A DNA stretch of 64,000 nt, from assembly GCA_000320545.1 (NCBI GenBank), contig ADNK01002058.1, forward strand, positions 62,001-126,000, given 5' to 3'. The notes under the pieces are model-generated. The model was not told the DNA's origin. It did not search any database and saw only the letters and a program-made list of their open reading frames with translations. Of the stretch, positions 52,246-64,000 are shown one piece after another. Positions within the stretch are counted from its first letter, which is position 1, and each line of letters opens with the position of its first letter. Source of the stretch: Bigelowiella natans CCMP2755. Its lineage: Eukaryota; Protista; Cercozoa. The position numbers and the translations under genes are program-made.

Positions 52246-53513
52246 ATGCTCCTCGCCCCCCAAACTGTATTTCAGTCCTTACGTCCCTCCTCACGGGACG
52301 AATGGTTGCCAGAGGATGATGGTTGCCACGGACTTTTCCAGTTTGACCAGACGGAAAAAGAGGAGGGTTGCGGAAACGACGACGATCATTGGTGCAGCTG
52401 CCAAGATGACAGAGGATTTGACGACATGCTGGACATGCAAATGTTAGGAAAGAAGAAGATAGACACTAAGGAGAGCAAGTACCGAGTAGGCTCTGTTCTC
52501 GGAATCGGTTCCTATGGAGAGGTGAAATCATTTTACTTCATTGGCCAAACCATTCATAACGACGTTCTTTAAAACAATAGGTCCGCTATGCGACGAGAAA
52601 GAAGGATGGGCTACCTGTAGCGATGAAGATTGTCGATGTCAAATGCCAAGGGTCTTTGGTCAATGCAATGATGAAGCGAGAGATTGAACATCTTCAAGAA
52701 TTGGACCACCCAAACGTGGTCAGACTGGTAGAAATCCTCACAAATGAGCCTACCAATGGCACCTGGTGCTCCCTTTGCGCATGTTCGGAGTGCAGATGGG
52801 ATGACAAAGGACAGTGTGTCCACTGTAGTCACGAAAGCTACTATCACGAGGATCAGGTTCAATCCCGTGAAGTGCTTATAGTTGTCCAGGAGCTTGGGAT
52901 AAATGGAGATTTATTCTCATTTCTCACAACACTGGGATTCTTCCCGGAGACACTAGCCCGAAAATTCTTCAAAGATCTTATTTCTGGTTTGGAGCATTGC
53001 CATTCCAAGGGCATCGTTCATAGAGATATAAAGCCAGAGAACATGGTTCTCGACGAGAACTACAACCTGAAGCTGATAGATTTTGGTCTGGCTGCAAAAA
53101 GCTCTAAAGCTGGAGCTACCTACCACAGCGGTGTTGGCTCACAGCCTTATACTCCACCGGAAGTTCTCTATAATATCGAGGAGGGAAAGAAGAAAAGAGC
53201 TTATCGAGGTGAACCAGCAGACCTATGGAGCTGTGCTGTCAGCTTATACGTCTTTCTCACAGGCTACCATCCTTATCGCCGCCCTCTCCTAAAGAGTTTT
53301 GGTGATAAGCCAGAACAGCAGGCTTGTCCTCATTTTGCTGCACTATTGAGAGGCGAATCGTACGAAGGAATCTCGAAAGAAGCAAAAGATCTTCTAATGG
53401 CGATCTTTCGGCTAGACCCGGAGAAGCGACTCAATATCAGTCAAATAAAATCTCACCCATGGATGAAGGGGCCAGTGAAAAGCTACCGTCAGATCCTAAT
53501 GTCAATTAGTTAG
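52246..53513 (+). CDS. CAMK-group Ser/Thr protein kinase (possible extra 3' exon to 53638)
   Basis: LGIGSYGE|V, VAMK, HPNVVRL, HRDIKPEN, DFG, GSQPYTPPE, DLWS and HPWM. Intron at about 52522-52580. Confidence 0.92.
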
Positions 53514-55127
53514 ACAATAATACTACCAAGAAGAAAAAGAGAGAGGTCTATACATTTCTCGAAGAAGAAATGCATAGATGTACAGATTATCCCAGCAAAC
53601 AAGAGCCAGAATCACCTCATAGTAGTGGAGATTCCTAACATTTGCAGTGGCTCATTGCACCTTAACCTCCTTGCTTCTATTAGCCTTTGCACATTCATCA
53701 CACGGCGAGAGAAATATTAGACTATGCACTCGATTTTACAATCGATTATTTCGGCAAGCTAGACTCTCCTTACATGGTTTCAACCTTACAGTTGCTAAGA
53801 ATAAATATTAGCAGTTTAAACTTCTGCACTGAGGATAGATGTCATTTAACACAGAATTAATCACTCCTAGTGCCTACAAGTGGAATCATCAATATTCCTC
53901 AACATTTCCTATTTTTATCACCAACATATCTATAGACATAGCATAGCAAGCATGCTAGCATGGCAATTTTAGAATTTGCGCAGCCGTACCCTGCAGCATC
54001 TAGCGCGTGTGCAATACAGCAATACAGTGCACACCGTACAATGATGTGAAGGGTGTTACCTGTAGTCGATTATGAGACGCACGGATGTTCTGATCGAAGT
54101 GATTAGATCTTTCAATTATCATCCTTGTGCAACTGTGGGATGCTGCAACTACAGCGCGCTATGCGTATATGATGATTTCATTCATTGTCTTCACATTTGC
54201 ATGCACATTCGAGTGCATGCACAATCGACATCTAGCTAGCTAGACATAGCTGCTAGCTACTCTGGTACGCACTACCACAGCAGATCGATACGACAGATCT
54301 AGAGATCAGCGCAGCAATGCAGCAATGCTAGATAATGTATTGCTAAAAATAGCTAGCTAGATAGCCTTTATCAGCGCGTGAACGCTCATTGTCATTTTCC
54401 TTTTATAATTAATTGTTTCTTTCATAGCACTGCAATGCCAGAATGCGCGCATGAGATCGTGTGGCAGGTCGTGATGCATGTCATCGCATGCATACATCTA
54501 GATGTGCGGCCGCCGCAAACATATTACGATGATGGCCCGCAGTACGTCTATAATTTATTCATGCACATGCTAGCAGACATGTGCATGTATCTGGGTGTAT
54601 CGTATTCTAGTTTTACTATTCTGCACTAGTAGTAATTTGATGCTCGTACACTGTACCTTTTTGCGAGCTAAAAGTATCTCTCAGCAACACGTAAGAAATA
54701 TTATTTTCCGTGTGACATGGAGGAACTGCTACTATCAACTACATTATACTACTACTACTAATTCCACTACTACTTCTACAACAATTATACTACCACTAGA
54801 CTTCTGACTGCTTTCATAAGATGTTGTGATACCGTTATCACCACAAAAACTACTATGAATATTACAAATGAGTTGGCGGTTATATAGATAATGATAACAG
54901 TTCTAATGATGCTAACGATAATAAGGATATTGATTAACAGGAATGATAACGACGATGACAATAGGATAATTATACAGTTGAACGAGGGAAAATAGAAGTC
55001 ATCTTGTCGGTCAGTTAATGGTAGCATGAGTGCACATACCACGCACGTGGTGGTGATGTGTGTGGGGGGGGGGTTGTCGGAAGGGACGGCTGTAGTTCAG
55101 GCGACATCTCCTCGCAACATCTTCCTC

Positions 55128-58100
55128 CTACACATGCATAATTTTGCTGTTCTCCTTATTGTCTTTCAGATCTTTAATTCCCCCTTTCTGCTGTTTCTTT
55201 TTCCCATTCCTTCCTTTCTCCTGGGAATCCTCCTGCTTTTTTCTTTCTTGTTGGCCAGCCGTATTGTCGCAATCGTCACTAACCCCCTTCTCCTTCTCCT
55301 CCAAGTTCTTTTCTACCATCAGGCGCTTCCTCTTCCTCCTCCTCCTCCTCCGACATTGCCTCCACCAGCGAAGTATGATCATAGCAGCCATCCATTTGAA
55401 AACATCCCATGCTATTATCTCATTAGAGGAGCAGGAAGAAGAGGAGGGGGACTCCTCCTCCTCCATGGAACAAAATCCAGTAGCTGATACTGCAGCGCGG
55501 GGTGGGGGTTGGGTCGGTGGATGAACGTTCTCCGCACAACATAGAACTAGCTTGGTAATAGAATTGATCATATCTGTGTAGTGTACGTACCAAGGTCCCC
55601 CCTTCTTCCCTATTATCCTCGTTCGGAGCATCTCACAGCGCTTGAGGAAGAGGATAAGGCGGCGTCTGGCAAAGAGATCAAATGCATCTACATCGCGCTT
55701 TACGTCCTCAGTGCTACGGATCGGTCGGCGACTGCTCTTAAAGATATCAGTGCAGCACTCGCCACTGAGAAGTGTCTCTCCAAATCCAAAGCGCTGCGGG
55801 GCCGTGAGGATGACGGCGAGGAAGTAGCGGACAGGGAGCTTTCCAGAATGGGTGCGGTCAAAGTAACTCCAGGCACTGCGCCACATATCCACCGTTCTGA
55901 TCTTTTGACTCGTTTCGTCAAGATGACTTTCTGCAAATTTCTCCAGCACAATTGCTACAAAGAGATTGATGAGCAGTAATCCCCCCACCAGCACAAAAAT
56001 GATGAAGTAGAAGGCAGCCCACGGGGTACCACAATCGCCTCGTTCCATGCTGCAATCGCTGTTGCCTTCGTGGATCATCGTTCCATACATAACCAGCTCC
56101 CACATATCCCCAGTCGAGACTCGAAATAGCGTCAACATGGCGTTTGGGAAATCGGAGAAATTGGCGTGGTCTTCGAGACCACGCTCCATTAGCATTATCT
56201 TCCCAAAAAATTGCATTCCAAAGATAGCGAATATGAAAAAAACCACGAACATCACCGTAGCAACGTTGAAGGAGGCGAGCGCGGAGATGCTGAGCGTCTC
56301 AAACATTGCTTGGAGTTTCTTAAACTTCTTAATGAATCGAAACATTCGGAGCAAACGGAAAAGCCGCAGGATGTTGAAGACGACTGTCGGGCCGGAGCTC
56401 ACGAAGACAGATACAGAGGAAGCTAGGGCTAGGATGAAATCAAACACGTTCCACCAAGATCGAAAATACCAGATATCCCACGCAATGATCTTCACAACCG
56501 TTTCGAATGCAAACACACCCGTAGCGATCAATCCCACGTAGAACTCCGCATCGACGAACTCAGAGGGCTGCCCGTGGTGTTGCATGCACACCGTGAGCAT
56601 GTTGATGAGAAGGATGATGGTGATACACATTTCAAATGGATGTGTCATGTCCAAACCGTCACCACAGAGCTTGAAGAAAAATCGTCTTATCCGATGAGAT
56701 GGAGCTGGCGCTCGGAATGGCAGCAGCTTCTTATGTCTGATGACGTGCAGGGCCTGCATTAAAATGGCTTGATATTCGGTCATCAAGAACTTTCCTTTGT
56801 CCTCCAGTACTTTCTTATGCTTATTGAAGGCTCCTATAAGCGCTCCAACCAGCAGATTGATCATGAAGAAACCGAGGACGAAAACCGCAAGGATGAAGAA
56901 CAACCCTGCCCATTCATTGAAGTTTTTCTGTGCATTGCGATCCACACCTACAGCGTCAATAGCGCGGTACATGATCTCGTTCCAGTCTGAAAGCGTTGCA
57001 AGCTGGAAGAGAGAAAGCATTGCACGACCCACATTGTCAAAGTTGGTGTCATGCACACGCCAAAAACCGTCTGGGCATTCTGAGCGGGGAGCTCCTTGCG
57101 GAACACTGCTGTCCAGACAGAACCCAAACTTACCCATGAATAGACTTACTCCAAACACCGACATGATGAAGAGGAGCACGGTACCAAAGACCAAGACGGG
57201 GGCGATCGCTGGAATAGCATACTTGAAGCTATATATTACCACACGCATCTCTTCCACCTTTCCTACAATGCGAAGAGGGCGCACTGCACGCAGCGACCGC
57301 ACGGAATTGAACCCCACCCAGCTACAAATAACGACGACAAAATCGATGACGTTCCAGCCATTTCTCAAATACGCCTGATCGGATTCCCAATACACCCCGA
57401 AAGCGATGAATTTAAAAATCAATTCTGCTGTGAAAAGCACCTCGGTGACAAGGTCAATATAGGCATAAATACCGTCGTTCACCGCGGAATGTGGGTTGTT
57501 AAGTGCCAACACGGCACAGTTAAGTACCACAAGAATTGTCATTGCCATCTCAAACGCAACATTCTTCCTCACCATTGTAAACACAAAGAGCCTCACCCAG
57601 TTTGTTGGTGAGAGAAATCCAATAGCGTGGCCTTGAGGATCTTCCCTATCTCTCGTCTCTTGATGTCCTTTATCGTCCTCTTGCTTCTTTCGTTGACGCT
57701 CCTCCACGCATGTTTTCTCCTCGTTCATCTTCTCAGCCTTATATCGCTCAAGGAGATACCCAATCATTAATTCGTATACTGCTACTACTTGAATATTGCT
57801 CTCTTCCACTTCCACCTCGGGTTTCTCATTTTTATCATTATCATTGCTTCTGTCATCATTGTCATCATCATTATCCTTGAATATCATCATCTGCCTTAGA
57901 TCATCATCTTGTCGTTGGCTCTTGTTCATTTTCACGCTCGCCTTTGCCGTGTTTTGCTTTATGGTGTTTGATGGTGTTGGCTGCTGCTCAATAGCATCCA
58001 AAACGGCCTTTCGATCACTGTTATCATCACCACCACCATCTTTGTCCTCCTCGTTCGCATAACCACCCTCTTGAAACTGCTGTTTTTTCTTCTTAATCTT

Positions 58101-59565
58101 CTTCATCCTAATCATATTCTCACCACCACCACCACCATTGTGGCGACTATCACTACTGCTGCTACTACTTCTATCTCTTCTTCTTCTCCTTCCCTGCCTG
58201 TTCTTCTCTTGCTGCTGTTTCCCCCATCCCTTACTCTCCCTCTTTCCTCCTCCTCCTGAGGCAGCATCATCGTGGTATATGAATAGTACCTCTCCTTTGT
58301 GACCTTCCAGCGGAAAGGACGTTTTTCCATCAAGCACATTGACATGAGCCACTTCTTCCATCTGCGACAGCCAATTCTTAATCTTGCGGAGCACCACCAC
58401 CTCAACGTCCTCCTGCCCTAGCTGCTCCAAGAGCGCAACGACGAAGATGTTCATTATCATGAACGTGCCGATTAAGTAGAGGAATACACTGTAGAATATA
58501 GCTTGCCGGATGGTAGCTCCAACCATGACCCACGTAACATCTGGCCAAGAATCGCCTGAGAGCATTTGATACACAACAAGAAGACTTCGATAAAAGGTGT
58601 CAAAGCTTTGCCGTGGCTGTTGGTCCCCGAGATCATCAAACTTGCCGGCGAAGAATTGCACTCCAAGCACAGTGAAGATGAAGATAAAAAGAACCATTAA
58701 CACTCCTATGAATAGCACCTGCTTCAAGGAGTCGTTGAGGGTAATCAGCAGCTCACGAAATCTCTCCCAGCGACTAGACAGGAGAAATAACCGTAGAATA
58801 CGAATCGATCGCACTTGAGCGACAAGGTTCAAATCCCCCAGCGATAGCTCCACAATGGATATTACGAGTAGAATTACTTCTCCACAGCGATACCAAGCGA
58901 CGAGGTGGTAATGCACCCCGGTGGCAAGAACCCTGATTATCACCTCCAGCGTGAAGAACACGGTGTTAGCAATGGCAATTTGGTGCAGGACCAACGTCAA
59001 GGAATCCGACATCCCTGCGTGATAAGCGCTGCTGATGGCGGTGTCAAGTAGAATTGCTATCGAAACAATCCAAGAAAATGCATGAGATTGTATCACATTG
59101 AAGAGAAATCTCCGCATACGGTTGAGCTGTGGGCTGCTGTTATCCGGTGATAAGTGGAGAAGCAATGGGCGTTGTCTCGATTTCCACTTGAGAGTCGCGG
59201 CTTGGATTAACGTGACAACCTTGGTTCTTTCCCAAATTAAGTCAACCCATTCCTTCTGGAGCTCTCGGCGAAGTTGCTTTAGTTTCACCAGATCTCTCCG
59301 CGTCTGCTTGAGCCTAAACAACTGCAGCCTGGTCTTCATACGCACCATCTTACTTTCTAATTCAGCGCTCGAGCTTGATGTGTTGTGACGTTCTACAAAG
59401 TCACTGAATGGTGCCTTATCGTTGTTGTTGTCGTTGCGAGCTTTGTGTGTATTCCCGCCCTTATATTCCTTGCCTTCATGTATCTCACTTCTGGTACTTA
59501 GCTCTCGCAACGTTGCAATATCAACCATGAGTCCTTAAGGTAAGAAGGGGAGGGGAAGAGAGAGA

Positions 59566-59609
<44 letters not shown>

Positions 59610-60357
59610 GGAGGATGGATTCAAAACTTCCTTTTTATATATGTATTGTTGGGGTGATGATTGTTTTGTCTTAGGACAAGCACTGTTGTTACTACTCTGC
59701 ACCTCCTTCGTATGAATGATCATTAACAAATCTATCATCCACAAGTTATACAGATATGTATATAATAATATGTTATATATATTATAGCGTGTGTGTTACT
59801 ACCTAGGCTTGGGAGGGATTCTCTACGGCCGTTTCCTCCCCCTCCTCCTTCTCTTTCTCCTTCGGGCATTACATCGAGGAACTTTCGTAATTTTTTATGC
59901 TTATAGTCGAGACAGGGATCCTGCAACCTCCCTCCTCCCCCTTTCTCCTCCTCCTTGTGCTTTTCTTCTTTGCTCTGGTTCTCCTTGCTCTGTGGGGCGA
60001 GCAAAATAGTTGGTGATAGCGATAAGGGAGGCTGGTGCTGTAAGCGGCTGTTCGGGGACGAAGTAGTGTTTGGGGGGGGGCTACGAGAATTACGATGAGC
60101 AGATAGAAAGTGATCCTGCTGGTTATAGCTGCTACTTGTGCTTTGAGTGCGGTATGATGTGGGAGAGCACCAGGCTGTACTTTTGTTATCATCTGGGGGA
60201 TGAAGAGGATTCTTGTAACTGCCTCCTCCTTTCCCCCCTCCTTCCTTTCCATCATCGTCATCACCATCTCCGCTGCTGCTGCTACGGATGAGAGCATTGG
60301 TGTTGTCATCTTGGAGGGGTAACTTTTGGGTATCATTCATGGTGCCTTGTAAAGAAC

Positions 60358-60394
<37 letters not shown>

Positions 60395-62087
60395 TGAGAA
60401 GAATGAAGTTACTCCTACATTGACTACTACTAGCACCGACACAACACCACCACCAACAACAACAACTACTACTACTACTACGTATTACCCGAACTACGTA
60501 AACTACGTAGTTGTTTGCCGCTATTGTAATCTTCCTCTAGGATGCTGAGAGCACCACTGTTGCGATTATTGGCAAAGAGGGTAACGCTACTATCTCCACG
60601 TCCTCCTATAGACGAACTTGCAGGCCGCGTAAGTTGGGAGGGGGGGCGACTGTAACGTAGTAGCAAAGAGAGGAATGATGAGCATGATGTTTCTATAGAA
60701 GATGATGATAACAATGATGATGATGATGAGAATACCTTATTTCGGCGGTAGAGGTTGTGTTTGAGGCGTTAAGATTGGTTAAGGAAGAGGATTGTAGAAT
60801 CAATGTAGGTGGGGGGCGACGATGAAGTTGCTGCTGCTGAGTGCTGGTGGTGGTGCTGCTGCTGATAGTGGTGGTCTTTGTTATCTTCTTCTTCTCCAAG
60901 CTCTCATCATAAATGGAGGAGCTTCTTATCACCTGTATATTTTGAAGAGAAATGTAATTATGACATCATGATGATACATATACACGTAACACCACAGGTT
61001 GCGCCATGTTACTGTTACTACTACTACTACTACTACTTCTACTACTACTACGACTAGCAGTACCTCGTTGACTAATGGCTTGACTCCTGCAGGAAGGTGG
61101 CGAATTGAAAGCAATCCGTCATCATCATCGTCATCATCGTCCTCGAGCATCACCCCCCCCCCCTTCCCGGCATCACTAACACCTTCTGCCATGGCTGTAT
61201 TTGATTTACACGCACTGAGGTAAGGGCTACCTTCTGCTCCTCCCCCTCCCCCCCCCCCCCTTTTTGATGAGGCTGCTGAGAATGCAAGAGTGGCACCACT
61301 ACCCGAAGCTCTTCTTATAAGATGCTTTTTCTCTTCAATAATAGCATGGCGTTTTTCCTCCTCCTCATGCTCGAGCTCTAGACGTAGGAACTGGGGGTTT
61401 ATTGGGGCTTCAAGCCGTCGAGCCTTGGTTGTATCATCCTTTCCGTCTCTCGTCAGCTGGTACTGGGGAAGAGGAGGAATATGAGTAAAATGAGGAGGAG
61501 GAGGAGGAGGAGGAGGATTTGATGCTCTTACCCATCCGTTGTTTATTTGCTCCATCGCTAGCTTGGCCTCTCTTTCTATGATACGGATGCCTGCTTTCTG
61601 GATTGCAATGGCTGTTCCATCGAGAATCCCAGCCTGATGATGAAGAAGTAGAAGAGGGGGGTGGGGGAATAGCAATCAGGTTTTATTAATCCCTCTTATT
61701 ATCATTATGCTCCTCCCTTTCTTTGTTGTGTTATTACTTCTTCTCCTTGAGAAAGCCATTTGTTAAAATCATCATCGTTGCCCCGTGTCTTCTCCTTATC
61801 TCGCTGCACGAGCGATGAGTATCTGTGTACGTATTGCTTTGTTTGTTTGAATGCAGATAGTTGCGGAAGGGGGGGGGGGGGGGGGGGGGGGGGAGGGGAG
61901 AATGCAACACAGCCTAACAATCTTCTATCTAATGATTACTCGTCAGCGACGACGGCAAGAACGAGATTGATGGCAGTAAAGCTGACGATGAAGATAAAGA
62001 AGATGAAGAAAAAAGCACTGAATGGCGAGATCGCGTCCATTGTAGCGTACATCACCTAATGAGCAAAATGAAGAACCAAAAACAATA

Positions 62088-62123
<36 letters not shown>

Positions 62124-63700
62124 AGATCTCCATCATTGGTACATCATCATCATCGTGATCATCATGACTACATCCTGTACTACTACTCTACTACTACTAC
62201 TACCATTATTACTAGTACTACCCTTACTATTACTAGTACCGGGTCCCACGTAGTGAGCGTCATCACCCAAAACAAGGAATACGAAGCATCGAAGAAATTA
62301 TCGAAGCTTATTGTGCCAAATCTGTGTGTTTATCATCAAGCGTGTTGCGCATATATCAGCATACCTCTCATTATCATTATCATCATCATCATTATCAACA
62401 CAACACGATATGGATGGAAGATAAGGCGGGGGGATGTGGGGTCACACCTTGGATTTCCAAAGTCCTCCTCGCAAGTCGAATTACTGGGACATTGGAAGAA
62501 ACCGAATCTAGTGAAATTAATGAGTGGATAAAGGAACCAATGACGAGAATCAATTAGCTTATACTCAATTCGTAGAAGAGTAATCAAAGAAACTAAAGTC
62601 GGTCGATGACGCAATATTATATCAGTACAACTAACAGCACCCAGTCGAGTCGCAGGGACGGTCCTCCAAGCCTTCCACAATATTGCCAGAGAGCTTATCA
62701 ACACATCTTCCATGCAAGCCGCCCATAAACAGCGACAAGGAGACGGATGTGGCGATCATGAAGAGGAATGCTAGGACTAAAAACACTTCCAAAGACTTTG
62801 GTATGCTCATCAACAGCGTCTCTGTAAGTCGTCGCAGCTCTGGAAATCGCTGTAGTAAAGTACGTGTGTGTGTTGATTGGTTGGCTGTTGGCTGGATGAT
62901 AAGTCGTCTATTTGTTCATCAATTCATCCATCATGTGCCATATGAAAGGAAAGTCTTCAAACGGTCTGCCATCATTATCATTATCATCATCATCATCATC
63001 AATCATTCCTATACACATACCCACACACCACCTGTATTGTTCTTAGCGGTCGTAACAGACGAAATGCCCTTAAGACAGAGAGGATTCGCGAACCTCCAGA
63101 AGCAAGTGAAATAAATCCATTAACCACGATTATAAAGTCCAGGATGTTCCAATAGCTGTAAAAGTAGCCAGCCTCCATGTAAGACTCCTTCTTGGAGGTC
63201 ACCAGCACGTCATCAGTGAACGTAATGCTGCTTCGAGGAGGATGATTGGAAGGTGAGGCGCCATCTTCATTGCCTTTCTCTTCATCTACAGTACTTTCTG
63301 CTGCTGCTACTCCTCCTCCTCCTTTCTTGTTCTTCGATAACTCGCTGCTAACATAGAGAAACACCAAGCAACGTAAATGACTGATGGAAAGTCAAAGAAA
63401 AAGTTGGGGGGGGGATGGTAGGATCTAACTACGAATCATACAGAGGACTGATTGATGCTTCATTTTGTATATTTGTATAATACTTAGTGTGTGTGTGTGT
63501 GTGTGTATCTTCAATTGACCGATGGCTAGGAGCAGCTGGAGCAGCATCATCTCCACCTTCCGACTGCAAGAGACATGGGGGGGGCATACCGCATCCCAGG
63601 CCAAATGCTATCATCTTCAATGCAGCCTGAAAAACGCATTAATGATGACAACGATATACATAATAATCACGATCGTTTTGACAATGAATATTTGTTTATA

Positions 63701-63750
<50 letters not shown>

Positions 63751-64000
63751 TTCTTATGAGAATGATGCGTATGACAACATTCGTGTATGGGGGGAGGGGG
63801 TGGCATGTATGCGTTGGTAAAATGATGATAGTATAGACAGCACCTCTAACCCAAAAAGGATGACGAAGAGGAGATCCAGTGTCACAATGGCTCTCTGAAT
63901 TAATAAAGTCAAGGAGTGAGTACAATTAAGAGCTCATCTTTCGAAGCATTATTGCCACAAAGAGTTGTAGGTAGTAGTTGTTGTTATTGTTGTTGTATTA
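55128..64000 (-). CDS. Four-domain voltage-gated Na+/Ca2+-family channel alpha subunit; the 5' end lies beyond the window
   Basis: ORF 55128-59528 encodes domains II-IV with S4 RxxRxxR helices and P-loops. Domain I S2-S6 lies in exons at about 61940-63890 (LRAFRLLRPLRTI; FDNFFDASYSLFWVMTLTTWD; INLVLAVVAD). Confidence 0.92.

Noticed and set aside
10207-63732. (CT)n tracts as dedicated polypyrimidine tracts at splice acceptors
   Set aside because: Several fit (10207, 18641, 22886, 59557), but a similar number lie in the opposite orientation (23773, 24923, 45570, 45772, 63704).
1-64000. tRNA/rRNA/snRNA genes
   Set aside because: The GTTCGA hits I checked lie in exons or introns without cloverleaf flanks. 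None was recognised, although a covariance-model scan was not possible.

Overview
Gene-dense, intron-rich eukaryotic nuclear DNA with short GT-AG introns and many (CT)n/(CA)n/(TCA)n microsatellites. Ciliary genes point to a flagellated protist (inference); the taxon cannot be fixed from this window. I spliced about 17 protein genes by hand. In order: EEP-family 3' end (+), CFAP69 (-), STPG1-like (+), atypical sirtuin-ZnF-UBP (-), PPR-like protein with RanBP2 finger (+), MFS transporter (-), mitoribosomal mL59 (+), TTF2/Lodestar SNF2 ATPase (-), sulfotransferase (-), ADAT3 (+), ABHD4/5-like hydrolase (-), SCCPDH-like (-), amino-acid permease (+), 2-TM/PH-like protein (-), TMEM189/CarF/FAD4-like desaturase (+), CAMK-group kinase (+), and a 5'-truncated four-domain voltage-gated cation channel (-). 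No tRNA, rRNA, CRISPR array or intact transposon was recognised. The strongest leads are: (1) a channel whose selectivity ring reads T/D/S/D; (2) a sirtuin that lacks the zinc-binding subdomain and is fused to an HDAC6-type ubiquitin-binding finger; (3) a desaturase gene bracketed by a duplicated, hairpin-forming upstream element; (4) several unusual domain fusions or insertions; (5) a recurrent TGCGACA motif in divergent promoters; (6) a degenerate repeat family in intergenic tracts. Exon boundaries and family calls come from manual reading and motif recognition, not from RNA-seq or database searches.
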